Shown one piece after another: positions 57,801 to 59,912 of a stretch of DNA of 59,912 nucleotides. Under the pieces are notes generated by a model. It did no database searches, was not told the origin of the DNA, and saw only the letters and a program-made list of their open reading frames with translations. The position numbers were made by a program, and so were the translations under genes. Source of the stretch: Candidatus Omnitrophota bacterium (GTDB lineage: Bacteria > Omnitrophota > Gorgyraeia > Gygaellales > Profunditerraquicolaceae). The DNA lies in assembly GCA_043797735.1 (NCBI GenBank), contig JAZDPH010000057.1:1-59912 (forward strand), in the 5' to 3' direction. Every line of letters starts with the position of its first letter. Within the stretch, counting starts at the first letter, position 1.

Positions 57801-59912
57801 TGTAATTTGCTCAAATTACAATCAACCATCCTGTTCATTTTCTTGAACTGCAAAGGTGAGTTGCTTCCGTTCTCAATGTTCCTTACTTGTTGTTTCCTCT
57901 TGCTCAACCAATATAAAGAAATAGTAATTACTCCTATTATACAAGCACCAGCGCTTATAGATGGGAAACTAATTTTTCTTCGCTCATTGGTAATGTCCAT
58001 TTTGTATCCATCTCTGTCGCAAGCGACAATAGGGGACGGTTCTATTTTTTCTTTCCCCGCCGCCGAGCTGGAAGAGGAATTATCCTCTATTATCTGCCTG
58101 GTTTCCCGCACTTGTTCTGGATAAGAATTGCTGACCGCAATAATAACATCGAATTTTTCGCCTTTAAGCTTTACTCTTTTCTCGCTTATTATTCTGTCAA
58201 TGCATTGCCGGAAATCTTTCGGGAGGAATCTTGGCCCGCGCTTTTTCTCTTTCCGCGCCAGGGCTATTGTGGAAGGACAACAGAGGAATTGCCTCATTTC
58301 GGCCAATGTAAGTTTTACAGACACGCTACCTTTCTCGGTTACTGTTACCCGAGAGATAATCTGGGGCCTACCTCTGATAAATGCGTTTATTGCTTTTACA
58401 ACGTAACCACCGTCAACTTCTCCGAAGTAAACCATGTTTCTTATCCTATCGAATGTGCTGTCAGTAAGCACCATTAGGTGCGACCAATGCGCTAAGTCAA
58501 TCCCTATTACCTGCTGGTAAAGTTTACCTAAAGTAAGATGAAACTTAAACTCAAATATGGTATTGTTTGAAACCGCATCAAGCTCCTTCTTGCCATAAAT
58601 TGACTTATTTAACGTTTGCAATTTGCCAAGGCTGATCTTTTCCAGAGTGCTGCCTCTCTTTACGATAATTTCGTAAAGGCCGGATAATTCGCCTGCTAAC
58701 CCCAGAATCTGGCTGCGGCCTGTTTCGCCTTTTGAGAAAGCAGCTGCCATACCTCTAACAGCATTATAAACAGCCCTGTGCACCAGTTTTTGGGATTTCC
58801 CTTCATATGAGAGCAGTCCTTCTATTTTCTCCCGCAGCCTTTCAAAAGAAAAATCCCTATTTTTAAATTTGCTGATTTTTAACAAAGCTTTTTCAATCTC
58901 CTCTAGAATAACGGAGTCAGTCACCGGCGAGCTGGCAGCATAAGTTTTCAAGATAAAAATACAATCTTGACTTTTGCTGGAATGTATAGTATTATTTAAT
59001 TGATAGAAGGAGATAAAAATGAAAAAACGTGAATTTACAGTATTAATTGAACGCGACGAAGATAATATACTTATCGCTACTGTCCCAGCCTTGAAAGGTT
59101 GCCACACCCAAGCAAAAACTATACCTTTATTATTGAAAAGAATAAAAGAAGCCATATCTTTATGCCTGGATGTGGAAGAACCTTCTAATCTTGAGTTTGT
59201 AGGCTTACAAGAAGTTGCTGTATAATGACCCGCGTCACCCCCCTTAAACCTACCCGCGCTATCCGCATTATTGAAAAACTTGGTTTTCAAGCCATCCGTC
59301 AAAAGGGGAGCCATATTTTCTTCCGTCATCCCGATGGGCGTTCTACCGTTATTCCTTTCCATAAAGGCGAGGATTTGGGCCGAGGCATTATCAGGGCCAT
59401 ACTTAATGATATAGAATTGACCTGGGAAGAATTTATTGCCGCGAAATAGAAAAACCTGTTCCCCCTCCTCCACCGGCGAGCTGGAGCCATTAAAAATAGA
59501 ACCGTCCCCATTTTTCGAAGAAAAGGTTATTGATGAAGAAGCGGAAGGATCAATTTCCTGCAGACGCTTTACGGAACTCACTGCGGAAGAATAAGTTACA
59601 TAAGAAATACCCGGGGCGCATTTCTCTTCTAACTCACTGTCAAGCAATGAGCTAGATACAGCGTCTGGATTTTCTGAGGAAGAAGCTGTGCTTTTATTAC
59701 GGTGTAAGAGCGCATCCTCGCGTAAAAGACGATCAAGCTGAATTTTAAGCAGGCATCGAATGGGTAAAGGCATAAGCTTCTTCCTTATGATACAACTGAA
59801 TACCCCTTTGGATAAATCCTCCCTATCTAATAAGTTTTTTAAATTGAACCGATAATTAATGAGCCTAGGGAACAGGAGCCTCAAGAAAGAAAGATTATTG
59901 CTGATAGTAAAA
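30839..59912 (-). CDS. Giant multi-domain protein, 5'-truncated by the window (>9690 aa)
   Basis: No stop codon over 29 kb; frame stays open from the called TTG (59884) to the window edge (FTISNNLSF); many recognisable enzyme modules in frame. Confidence 0.9.
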   Translation of the reverse strand, partial: FTISNNLSFLRLLFPRLINYRFNLKNLLDREDLSKGVFSCIIRKKLMPLPIRCLLKIQLDRLLREDALLHRNKSTASSSENPDAVSSSLLDSELEEKCAPGISYVTYSSAVSSVKRLQEIDPSASSSITFSSKNGDGSIFNGSSSPVEEGEQVFLFRGNKFFPGQFYIIKYGPDNASAQILAFMERNNGRTPIGMTEENMAPLLTDGLKTKFFNNADSAGRFKGGDAGHYTATSCKPTNSRLEGSSTSRHKDMASFILFNNKGIVFAWVWQPFKAGTVAISILSSSRSINTVNSRFFIFISFYQLNNTIHSSKSQDCIFILKTYAASSPVTDSVILEEIEKALLKISKFKNRDFSFERLREKIEGLLSYEGKSQKLVHRAVYNAVRGMAAAFSKGETGRSQILGLAGELSGLYEIIVKRGSTLEKISLGKLQTLNKSIYGKKELDAVSNNTIFEFKFHLTLGKLYQQVIGIDLAHWSHLMVLTDSTFDRIRNMVYFGEVDGGYVVKAINAFIRGRPQIISRVTVTEKGSVSVKLTLAEMRQFLCCPSTIALARKEKKRGPRFLPKDFRQCIDRIISEKRVKLKGEKFDVIIAVSNSYPEQVRETRQIIEDNSSSSSAAGKEKIEPSPIVACDRDGYKMDITNERRKISFPSISAGACIIGVITISLYWLSKRKQQVRNIENGSNSPLQFKKMNRMVDCNLSKLQGLGLTEWPNLFQEYFLDNKGIPGSSSSIAEPVRSSASPLKSRASNGRGNNDECKQLFLNNLPTGHNGLLALEEVLNSPQKEHIIFSYLCSLLDMDPKLITVLLTHKCLLDCNICLAEDVINQEPNKDFPPELFKNFVKKCSGFPALFLEGGEPTAHPNFIELLRFACQHIGTVNIVTNGFYLLNMIDLFPANTVIWLSIDVAHEEAMRRRGKDLKEIVSSAEQYVRKNRRLAIKYNIRIPPVGGMQVAEDLIAKYGLAGKYTKYPQAFNIRKIIAQGAATRLERREAMVKEDDIDDHNNPRNLSLYINIKGQVFNCAHAGYSLNSPDKAVLGNIHKETLSEMLIKWALKLLLPLDVSYLLTLLLFKQRHLLKNESVLRLENDFFLLRQTREEIITYIRNIFSQLPYVSKVAELRGGYSMRASLGSDYLRFNFTNGKYLSIPLIYNRKQKGYVISFKSDNCIFRYDVTVLNPPFVGLFWNQSLEQYILIFTDEAKEALEKHLGYHSQELFLQDIRYSIVSDARACKWKLISESECEKEKIELPRPGLNKYIVISEFFDRLPAYLWWVNEVASIGPYSLEVSLNYRNNRLVFQFPDHTGGTITFGIPLMPLSDNKYVLSGFTGSCFLDKLNIELDKAPFVSLDYDVSSKQLILFLTDEAAQYMEKRFGHALEFDIPWSQYTDGTFCKLSILSESAYNKLLLCSSALRNKSSSPVSIALRGIKMVICDLEGVIAETVPVCRAALREIIHTMLEEAGLEIGSFEEWIDEFLANILGTPTREMLPEVIKHIERQGGKGLRAVGAYIKAYEELRNKWIEGILLSDSAASLLTPQAIEAIEELSLAVPLFIVSASDESKGAILKRFELERYFEEIRFCLNEEEGKKTNGVSAKIEAMARIIEDNGFSADEVLIVDDAPRVIVGLRKAIKGVRLAMFAAADRERESKLEKARELFKAESRDDGTVRAEPFDLVIESLGQLSDLLRQSGSPLDSKDSKPGLLKGLKVVVIGGGSGPERVVEGLMKEGARITNITTVFDNGETTGRLRKALDMPAVGDLRNRLVTLLSKAKYGTILQAIFNHRFPKAKETEKDNEQLMAELEKIIQIQGAGLPLDIKEFLQGSIEYFIAQKIRDGPNFNLFGAKVGNLILASEYFQAGNDLSEAVRQVCDVLGVSKYAQVIPVTLANLDIACETQKRQIIVGEHEISHHLNPKDRISRVFFVKRKGEAYEKVEPPEAVKEALEAIREADVIIIGPGSIFTSYIPVLSVKGVAKAIRQSRALKILIPNISWWNFRESFAETPDTFTAGDIVETVLAYLKQSDDEPALPAQYLDYTLVNDAVAPKWYHVLLETGVIEYMGIRVVRGDFEDKRQKSHHHPHKISKAIREIVASTRSGNSISSSPAEGHRAASSSISKEDDMALQRLLTIIITHYYRKENKRQKKDIRKKARQIIEETVKKHNITISALSAACKKITTPFSNKKAYQKEFTSLPDRLTIIGSKFFYSLPEEIKKKNYIKATMKQTMPFAGKQVKVPEGYVYLKFYPKYDRPGIRREITGIIRQFGGAVEHIKAYWISGRYCIVVFFRLDNSKKDAAFKRLGKIADVRSQEHEEARQAGLLIKRRLVVKTLVEEENLLNTILNALWELDKRINITEDYDGIECIDKIYTWCLNLEVPKCLRGQGRNKPLDEYIKEELEQIELIDDNAIEITVGRIKSAGSPAATESACAAGAAEATRVSSLPVALVEESSSAISSGIKQNKKDIMVFDSGIGGLNVFNAILSQLPLQTIGYYNMQVAPIGSKPVEQIQRITLTQVKSCLNMHDPETIVFACRTISALCLQMTKEYLEKEGKNREVIGFIKPVTKAVIEFGFKRVGIVATPRTIESNAFSDALTGLDERIKIFSRAFPDEVIMVIEGDNLESPDAAKKLKELIGRNLGYFNSRNIEALILGCSHYGYITSLIKEALGPEVKIIDAAKTQVELIIQKFTKNNLNENNLLPIERSSSSAVEDRNGPISLFYAPLEILTALFCPPWLAGNRPFPAGFILIWSKASGLLFLRSRKALSTAPLAVKVPLMACSSSSVVSSSPAGAASSSVKQTAGKGANKKEKIIENLIKRVQAIMAMCEDKVIKKLADLIHPLYYENPISKAHQKIVVKTIIEEEAFRTSFNKAIIAGLRNKEPNFYNALYIIYQLFSNANQQEICGQIAGQLKSHIEDYFNKQIEDNLYTNQGQKIIAFCPGEAINSFKKVIKEIIRHFSWEDFYEDWQDILGIEEAINKGLSELVSAYFKISGFQDESSLEEEKYNKAQMKLVHRNGVKGIAGGAREYNRDLTDILAELYFNFPGVGLLRLYLGFLQEENKWHILELMKEIYWHNPKNEQGAFVLTYQERLDWKNRFVRDSLVSLFSNDENEGLLYRDRALWALVRLALFDQEGAWIDRLILNNCENPEEIEAIERVTEEQDKYFKVRYESNYEGTGLDGAMKQAVYLYTNLLRLRRAIRESKEKEIKRWAEKAEATRSKVKKRIISEEKLAAIKQAIESAVENLPEGLSDAGEEIKILVGKLENQQLIKINAPSVRVTINKVRLQLGHYLSGLVALIPRQSGRGGCLAVKILIDMAKPTNMLFIVFNTGRVFFYDSEAQEWSSGIAPNDKRTVQIKDLLSDDIVQGFIGRVMRNYFGNTDNRQRIVESHKLRKILNRQKSEEINSTSFDGRFIKILLPKSNKPKGQEEITRIDEKKGHGKRYVAFTKKEDYLLFLFLPAELIIYANSGVLFSRNMEDCSVQDMRDIREEFLRPFFLGLDTKSASPISSLSSPLLGAGACSLLNLNIKVMNLFSLNPLATREHAQFDPAVMISWAERLLKKLNSDPRVLRVIEKLAGDPEFIELARSATTRHLILPKSSSAVREEKTETFPIGTSEKNPDAVSSSLSKGTLESKDPQSISSVTSSSVEGSVKRLQFGKNKSSSSLNSLKKHSSISINPASQVKSASSAGGKIDSSSTIAKDASRGIEFDPNDVDYNAKVLVILRKLGKIGKLDIIALSKSKLSGTGIISRLIDGLEISLREEEQKTAGLLDQGMSIQEMASQIYKETIKHTAKLIQKHSRDSKLSLKEIELALNAPGADVRGDLDIISDLELHIANINEALERAICAIPGEQKKNKRQKRSKKKVISEIQRIAKKEGSDKLNVTYMQKKHGSLYHAGCRYFGTWEKAVTAAGYNYDEIRQTESQSKKKVISEIQRIAKKEGSDKLNVTYMQEKHSSLYNNGCRYFGTWEKAVTAAGYNYDEIKQVGSWSKKKVISEIKRIAEEEGSDKLNVTYMQEKHSSLYYAGRYHFGTWEKAVTAAGYDYKEIKQGKFLPAPEIEPLEPANVAILPRAGDKINYIPIGLCAVVQVAGLKENLRVKVWFPHHGEEILWWGTAKKFSTVIPKAKKASGLALSANKAAPAQGSNSLKQKNGEISPQAGSAVEEESMNSPLSACSSLNVEQVLDLYDENLPPEIYRNHAKRVAEIAVIIAEEMGLEKASVEKLRVAALLHDIGYNGLNWKMVSEIKKLKKQHEIETRPKGATIFQQVIECIEQEINKKLSTGGIKSEDLTNLVIIESTGKVSLREGIKDNLFILFDHAGRGAGIIKQLESTMGFLLTEDIYTIVKDHTYPERMPSDADEEIRLLTGILKAADVIETLNNNDKFRNHSSKRWHRIDLFAAAEYLGVLAETKKDITKSRVREDVYPVVEKLIYSGHPGLLKVILEARGAQSLFPSEIRIIREMNRSATSPVEAARDYFGAEFRLSEANARLAMTKVTASAAPAQGASSPVGGKNREANSSVNLEEMAREYQLDWPTLGPEDKEVLFAAQEILATILKFGVWSKITDTRRKQINALVKDNLTNIGQLRKAFLESGLFRPWELFNSFSLQIISKLLSGVDVSDEARKLAFNKIEDIFKSDKSGDIRFYSAQAFGLTGPYGVTHLLRLTAPFEPKDVRSAAKQALTNKGVQAFAMQSLLESLIEKGDMNTRKYAAVILDCLAPCMQPKDLLYLYGEAGEGIVNSLAKDIFAKVGFPTFSDFIHSVFFTVNLSAEDVLRLQDRLDKLFEFRRSLTEEVFNELLRRCGFASLSNWVVMADMPDIETFKFLANAELGKRKWAPQLAIVEALKERNPQLIQDVLILILASAVSIDAKMIRSFLKAVCNDPVGGFQIIVFLIVALRLKLIEFYEGDFVQEAISELLNDNIGDVYYLVAMLIHSIPYSLDRSDSYSKRIRDASAELDDIYRGQNNLLRYIRLKLHREPSSNDKDFIETILLAIEKKRGRLIKRFIKPEALSEVFYSLGEDFVESLHQIYEEVKALAGDPLLIPLEELDSFFAKTQKGSVEERKVVGHLLKLRIWTRRRYPDVQSMRQDLSSVSLSQEVIKCIEGGDYVSALKKIAQIRRKIKKMVLTYVQKPKITKELAIKRHIANDRWGFLDVGYYGQYWERKFSSFNESCLLELHEDELLDGLYRGQFKEAIERIRKVKAVTEKQEKPLPDKAVGDIAFVIEVITLVLDKIELQGLAARRLTEINTMLKTQAFTLGQLRDVVSGLEDEFYRYFSFFNYSFSNMPKLVAQSIGRNNLAGAYRDSPSVSQLDDAGFYQYVQEKLIGDLRAESMVIDLLQRYAKSAREIIEHCLLAFDDGVILKRKNNELLYADYSQAGGEISPVILGSKAKGLLDYTKLGLSVPPWACFTTDVFRQPQLWGKDSSRHPEFVAMVVDAVLQIEVAAKKAFPFMLEKLDKPLQEKIMRARKKAGVDENAVLLLSVRGGSFISMPGQLKTFTNAALNDAIVEKMLQFYGDYRFVYDTYRLFLRDYAEAFAGIGCRVFIDIIDTMKSEVAKAQGLDNEKITIDEFDAQQYRRLIRLFKAEIEDKGINLAEALKDPLQALLRCIESVFESWNSPSVAAYRKNFGISEAWGTSCTLQQMVFGNLNPDSGTAVVFTRDPDTSARMPHGDYKPRAQGSDIVGGLTTHSLLISRSQSADPLIQVLEDVHPVRFKQIELICNKLDVFEGEPQDVEITVESLEGRATTYLLQSRAAPLIKKKKDADLLAGDEEPFVRGVPVCGNGVVGRILIAIGVPLEEFARRVEVLRKQMDTQGEGELGIIAIFDYIPPEESLKLSIPAVDGILSAAVTSNHASLTAIREGKTYIGAIEKLTFDKTTGQCRLKGRRMQEGIDGDIVSIDGHRPSQSTTSGNIYLKRLNVKVIFPENKYTSSSAVKGIRYLKELWRVIRHPTFISLAVTMPIAYFSSIRYFTHHSPDSFSGIAGFLKQNPDAVSSSLSSRNLGKKYIPSIFYAASSPVDGSVKRLQFEPPPIFINFILSAASSSSSALRQSGASPVVHDVILTSHEVIQILRTRIESANGNNGLKDGTSRISLLLQYFQLLAMLYGRGGNAKVTECVHTIERFVYTGRMSEKEAAKRLGKIDNRLWFRPAASSKLNVSNPAAGGKNGNVPPIHTNTASPLTQSETSGGLSAKRSTLSANKATSAQGSSSLNQKSDKASLRLAPLSPKESRRARWKRRKYSKKPRKDRRPSSKRKRARRYRGDVFYDPGDPDSRLFDPVLSGRRGSIFSSSAVEITNYNVTSKDAQYTIRRTEEGDSSSSSIKSKRMSEKNPLLSLSKLRPNDIELLRKARRRNGPFDSSAKEVNPENPDAVSSSLSNTELGSKDIRSSSSVTSSSVEGSVASPVELSLERIIELLPSAYNLKELARLRLNIKMTVSVDSFKKGLFNSLNTKRLLTEGLLCYIDFIIEYQNDDGIYRKGEIRLLYNLQQEQTIIISHLYPNLPNGKGLGKALVWLLLNRQRWVGNLLTLDAAIRDGQKMAESMPDMNTRKIGKKYYMGADECQDYELIIPKKTEEERIAIKEFLARYTVFNVVNELPNIWESVRKALQNKLGDALLAVVWFGSTREGAGHDIELLVIVKDENRNDLRQKTGPFGLTVMTDGQLRHPSSVGEFGLSFINSIFDPLNPPVCIYGSGYIWQLELPFSSPSDSNRSISPTVQLQAKELSSRETSLLNTYKATFSNVPYYVEDCLSDLLAKVTNIDELSAWIQKIINLTQVFSCLFESSDYWYQKAIPDLLAKVKTIKELEAWNDEIIRVIQLYKNKSSDLYGYNKYVDNNSFSEWYLKGCLPALLAKVITPEELRAWNNEIIILIQAYANHEAAYRKVKFGKPDRYVFDYLPVLLAKVKTIKELEAGTDKIISWVSDYSPQDIIVSLVKVKSIGEILKGPAASPVEVGAVVGENPDAVSSSLSNKELASKYIRGSISSVTSSPIDGSVKRLQSFYFSLLILMGLLRGSARALSLFIGKDNKEVNGDNNESNNIEKSPTIHNRSPFPFGSPKKNNEGKNSSQNIKSQEIHPYSFANLDRRAAIARNTMVIPLPTTKVNQEILPEAPGTKTPTTKEPNSIFAPSKKKLDNVSNSLPVNIQPYSIILGFFVKVFPLGQAASSAPAQGSSSPVKNNNPIIPLTIENSMVLGQFVEGLHTEKQCSKRELARLAHLSGPSVVTSIEDGCQGGIRFNTLSGLASALGISLQELLKQAGIPWTIVDSTPQGIDTVKYRLSHAAGVISSQAVTRGPPGILRTNEFGIINVNSKEKVLTSQGADNCNYLILFNRIVCTFAHLNVAPQNPSIIFSPEGIAEGFINEILKYISFIRRNKIKAILIQPITSPEAIKAKKISNKENAEAILLALRALHISLAAHIKSEIYRDNRVGLDFSKRQFVALNRRSKIIGGFSLDNPAQGSSSAVGEKNKTDSAWQQKELKRLARLFGLKEGKSGTFDFEDRLIKKHLGRILGILKGKPMGPSEVEIDVSNICNMRCPTCSGNIFSKPKQLTISPDLMQIIADRIKAYNAKHRIDPIERVRLTGTNGDPLVAYASSKRGIEEFLKQGLEVGLITNGLKFKGEICELLAEGGIFARVSLHQNKHRDRVIKNIESFVRLCHHKKSKIQTTVTVLLTKNNISQIIQTAGMLGAIGVNIVQFRRNLLTQEKNVPGRDLLQEAYDTIISLQEKNTLAPLEITTSFFNPVLDKPEYFSPKCFYAYFIVAVGCEGKLYPCTHCIPGSPYFGDFNTQADLEEMLQRGVKEVLPGLNPQVSCRGHWCAPVSFRTNRFIDYLVTKTKENPQYPGWLEANFRDTSENTDFASRSLLDLPDKITASSAMGGEKTETSLICIIENKHGKASSPSLSGRIGFSALKAQGAAKAAQGSSSAAQKHSENITITDAFGLHLRPYIDLYKLAGRFPETTIKIIHLGKEVIVKSGNSFLELLEMAIKNGDTIAVETTGSDNGILMGEIRRIARGGSLDKFPGESDEVMDESHSSSAVGEEITSSSVSLRGAPQARRSNLKDGGIASLLPWSNAFAVARNDKLYSSSAIEGLVSSTVGMKNRQARKNSQEMRAWARKHQGERVSGSQTELAIQFGVSHVTIGIILEKGTAPFSGSVAQGSSPAQKRTASSLAGVKNRNVPILLISSSSAVGKNKPNDIDYKAKVLIVITSFNKVGTGRKLSIRGIMASNKLSGTGIIGRLVAITEVKLTPEEKAIVELLDRGLSIDEVALYRVNIREDEEPAIEGIGEGSIEDLCALFSDETDFNAGEPDNIALERAGPSKKDIAVVGSLINTIESKLLQAIAAMPVDLIAGFINEVAPPAPKKEPAVEKMPEADGRLKKPGALEDLDSCISRYKGLHAESEELAEKLREQKSDGIIILDETTLGCLIEQHWGSISIIADAVKRDARTIGKKIRQSPDLDQRAKTLRRKARRRARREEKYALEELIRDHNGNTAKMRDSLGITRQAIHARLRRYVRFKELAEALSGAVYAMLRPSILRLINEAAPPALKDKYNSLEDLFKALEEGKQIIITDGTEPIVAEWAIGEEKREVDLTALNNIYKHPDYQGREGALYLAQAVELAIRAGRIKVSGVVIYENFSVGPQLKHLSREAKERLRMKSQDLPWRTFFKGKKLLGANPGDYLGNQGQVRFARELCLSNTYDLVTAFGDEFGWNKLRATIEKLDKAEGLTKEHSSWLKEAGIEGLIFVSKESGVPPDTLSILYGEEFNWPRIPNALNINKLENLVKLIKETAPESNIDAILVALIKKGQSGKPLEQIKQIIMESLDGNLPLPEDESVKDCLKVETLEERIKRLRENNDFTQEQLAAKIGVNEISVWRWEQGIVSPSQDNLKALAEVFDVALYWLENGIPDSSGYGSSSVTESADNTESIAAAAPAQGSTLMKDSAASPVLGNEGGEALNNIRESPLKTMAGVEKMLVKEYNFENAYGAVKRNGVYLNDSIKEHAIGKVKNIKSKTHKYSVIQGKGPGEKYNCFFRLGKHAIADENLRKVIPEALHKDVLFLTSVSEQFAHTRKGMRYAVPYLVQMVEAKDSFEGAVVLEHGVGGGIAALFALKLGALKAVGVEKEADLRKTFEAEREINGFNLSQAIFVEGRFNDAGMGDKLAVHGPFNVILANIGPHPVYSESAMLFGDIYPVDGANIEALKLTRELQDLNALDDFLYIGGGFEVEYLGLREDGYYSPKSEMGFLKQHFMVGESTNVIFRDHYAAWLERFSLYYSFSVPAQRMPKPKDKQQALSLTFNYLSRQSNVVPVDQMPDCNGEAVDILRELGLVTLYYYKHNPVELGYKMPELAQGLSINIWAILKGCSIGGIRNHIYEIRSQIQKLFDPFVLPYYAQIPDDYIQQKIIDRVSGPEKILTPAINKKDEEKRLIALQSVQAKLGILFTKEEERKILIARRSDNIVRRFLEIIKARVKQETQQASKKVLRLEDERAVDWNRWDVGRGFNFIFNKKEDDGIDGTFIWDAGKGCFTKYSERSSEFEHDWTISASLGFNEQNRTRPQQPFKNNVDRKEVPLKNSSPVESKNRNSPFSFLTTPIGRKGLLRPFGARNDGLYSSSSLTRLANNTGRIVVCLSAIRFTLNANDSVGALVGAMMKVTSLIDSNLFPPAERTPIRLRRGYNTIAQSSSGLRPIIKRPEEVWIPTLARPPPIISSEF
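32140..32720 (-). other. Giant-ORF module: class I SAM methyltransferase (PrmA-like)
   Basis: VVLEHGVGGGIAALFALKLGALKAVGVE; FNVILANI. Confidence 0.75.
33260..33445 (-). other. Giant-ORF module: XRE-family HTH
   Basis: RIKRLRENNDFTQEQLAAKIGVNEISVWRWEQG. Confidence 0.9.
34430..34540 (-). other. Giant-ORF module: Fis-type HTH
   Basis: LIRDHNGNTAKMRDSLGITRQAIHARLRRY. Confidence 0.65.
35730..35831. repeat. Full REP-like palindrome inside the giant ORF, in frame
   Basis: gtcattgcgagcga...gaagcaatc...gagattgcttcg...ctcgcaatgac; partial copies at 31155-31185 and 46482-46539. Confidence 0.9.
35935..36180 (-). other. Giant-ORF module: HPr phosphocarrier domain
   Basis: ITDAFGLHLRP (His15 motif) and GNSFLELL (Ser46 region)...GDTIAVETTGSD. 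Confidence 0.8.
36400..37420 (-). other. Giant-ORF module: radical SAM plus SPASM/twitch
   Basis: CNMRCPTC, GDPL, LITNG and C...G.LYPC motifs. Confidence 0.88.
37620..38390 (-). other. Giant-ORF module: XRE HTH followed by a CheD-like domain
   Basis: SKRELARLAHLS...TLSGLASALGISLQEL; LTSQGADNC...FAHL. Confidence 0.55.
38499..38526 (+). promoter_or_regulatory. Putative sigma70 promoter of the embedded antisense operon
   Basis: TTGACA-N16-TAGAAT; ATG 8 nt downstream suggests a leaderless mRNA. Confidence 0.6.
38535..38735 (+). CDS. Small 2-TM membrane protein nested antisense in the giant ORF
   Basis: MLTGRELDTLSNFFLDGAKILFGSLVVG...WLTFVVGSGMTMVFLAIAARLSKLAKE; two hydrophobic helices; upstream promoter. 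Confidence 0.65.
   Translation: MLTGRELDTLSNFFLDGAKILFGSLVVGVFVPGASGKISWLTFVVGSGMTMVFLAIAARLSKLAKE
38738..38818 (+). CDS. 26-aa single-TM peptide nested antisense
   Basis: MNLLTFYILAGILALIIFLWATKGKR; starts 2 nt after the previous stop. Confidence 0.55.
   Translation: MNLLTFYILAGILALIIFLWATKGKR
38825..38911 (+). CDS. 28-aa single-TM peptide nested antisense
   Basis: MDSWAFLYIIAFIIIAVDLFVVLSYKKR; AAGGTG RBS-like motif upstream. Confidence 0.55.
   Translation: MDSWAFLYIIAFIIIAVDLFVVLSYKKR
38973..39080. repeat. TIR-bounded in-frame element, copy 1 (108 bp)
   Basis: AGACGCT...AGCGTCT ends; encodes NPDAVSSSLS...SVKRLQ. Confidence 0.9.
39160..39730 (-). repeat. Four degenerate helical protein repeats (L.LLAKV.T..EL.AW...II)
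   Basis: DNA repeat aaccttggctaataag near 39251, 39566 and 39692, plus a variant near 39401. Confidence 0.75.
39860..40180 (-). other. Giant-ORF module: minimal nucleotidyltransferase-like domain
   Basis: LLAVVWFGSTREGAGHDIELLVIV. Confidence 0.7.
40761..40857. repeat. TIR-bounded element, copy 2 (left end truncated at a linker repeat)
   Basis: acggaaccctcgac...gagctagatacagcatct directly abuts ACCGGCGAGGCG at 40749. Confidence 0.85.
41886..41990. repeat. TIR-bounded element, copy 3 (105 bp)
   Basis: AGACGCT...AGCGTCT. Confidence 0.9.
42175..46410 (-). other. Giant-ORF module: HEAT-like region plus pyruvate phosphate dikinase-like ATP-grasp and phospho-His domains
   Basis: LGSKAKGL..LGLSVPP, LLSVRGG..SMPG, QQMVFGN, PQDVEIT, LLQSR and SNHASLTA motifs. 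Confidence 0.85.
46570..47420 (-). other. Giant-ORF module: HD-domain phosphohydrolase
   Basis: NHAKRVA...AALLHDIG...DHAGRG...ILKAADVIE. Confidence 0.85.
47815..48375 (-). repeat. Three tandem 192-bp (64-aa) repeats resembling the homing-endonuclease-associated repeat
   Basis: ccttcttttttgac at 47977, 48169 and 48361; SKKKVISEI...YFGTWEKAVTAAGY. Confidence 0.92.
48993..49097. repeat. TIR-bounded element, copy 4 (105 bp)
   Basis: AGACGCT...AGCGTCT. Confidence 0.9.
51719..51789. repeat. Long hairpin CCCCGCTGGAAA...TTTCCAGCGGGG inside the giant ORF
   Basis: 12-bp outer stem with inner ctgttc/gaacag stem. Confidence 0.75.
51890..52560 (-). other. Giant-ORF module: glutamate racemase (MurI-like)
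   Basis: VFDSGIGGL, FACRTIS, IGFIKP and LILGCSHY (both catalytic Cys present). Confidence 0.88.
53665..54820 (-). other. Giant-ORF module: YvcK/GlmR (CofD superfamily)
   Basis: VVVIGGGSG, TVFDNG..TGRLR...GDLRNRL, GNLIL and ADVIIIGPGSIFTS motifs. Confidence 0.9.
54870..55650 (-). other. Giant-ORF module: HAD-superfamily hydrolase
   Basis: VICDLEGVIAET, FIVSAS and LIVDDA motifs. Confidence 0.8.
56760..57520 (-). other. Giant-ORF module: radical SAM domain
   Basis: CLLDCNIC, GGEPTAHP, IVTNG and LSID motifs. Confidence 0.88.
58967..58995 (+). promoter_or_regulatory. sigma70 promoter of nested hicBA
   Basis: TTGACT-N17-TATTAT; AAGGAG RBS at 59007-59012, 6 nt before the ATG. Confidence 0.75.
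59019..59225 (+). CDS. hicB: HicB-family antitoxin (short form) nested antisense in the giant ORF
   Basis: FTVLIERDED...ATVPALKGCHTQAKT...IKEAISLCL; RBS and promoter present. Confidence 0.9.
   Translation: MKKREFTVLIERDEDNILIATVPALKGCHTQAKTIPLLLKRIKEAISLCLDVEEPSNLEFVGLQEVAV
59225..59449 (+). CDS. hicA: HicA-family mRNA interferase toxin nested antisense in the giant ORF
   Basis: LGFQAIRQKGSHIFFRHPDGRSTVIPFH...LGRGIIRAIL; TAATG coupling with hicB. Confidence 0.92.
   Translation: MTRVTPLKPTRAIRIIEKLGFQAIRQKGSHIFFRHPDGRSTVIPFHKGEDLGRGIIRAILNDIELTWEEFIAAK
59562..59666. repeat. TIR-bounded element, copy 5 (105 bp, most diverged)
   Basis: CAGACGCT...AGCGTCTG. Confidence 0.85.

Noticed and set aside
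30909-58477. Most other + strand ORFs over the giant gene (e.g. 30909-31676, 34452-35375, 37266-37937, 48864-49511)
   Set aside because: Ser/Ile/Phe-rich in-register antisense shadows with no recognisable family, promoter or RBS, unlike hicBA and the 38535 operon.
31243-59484. Classical integron attC sites or DGR template/variable repeats
   Set aside because: The repeats lack RYYYAAC/GTTRRRY boxes, differences between copies do not look adenine-restricted, and no integrase or reverse transcriptase is in the window.
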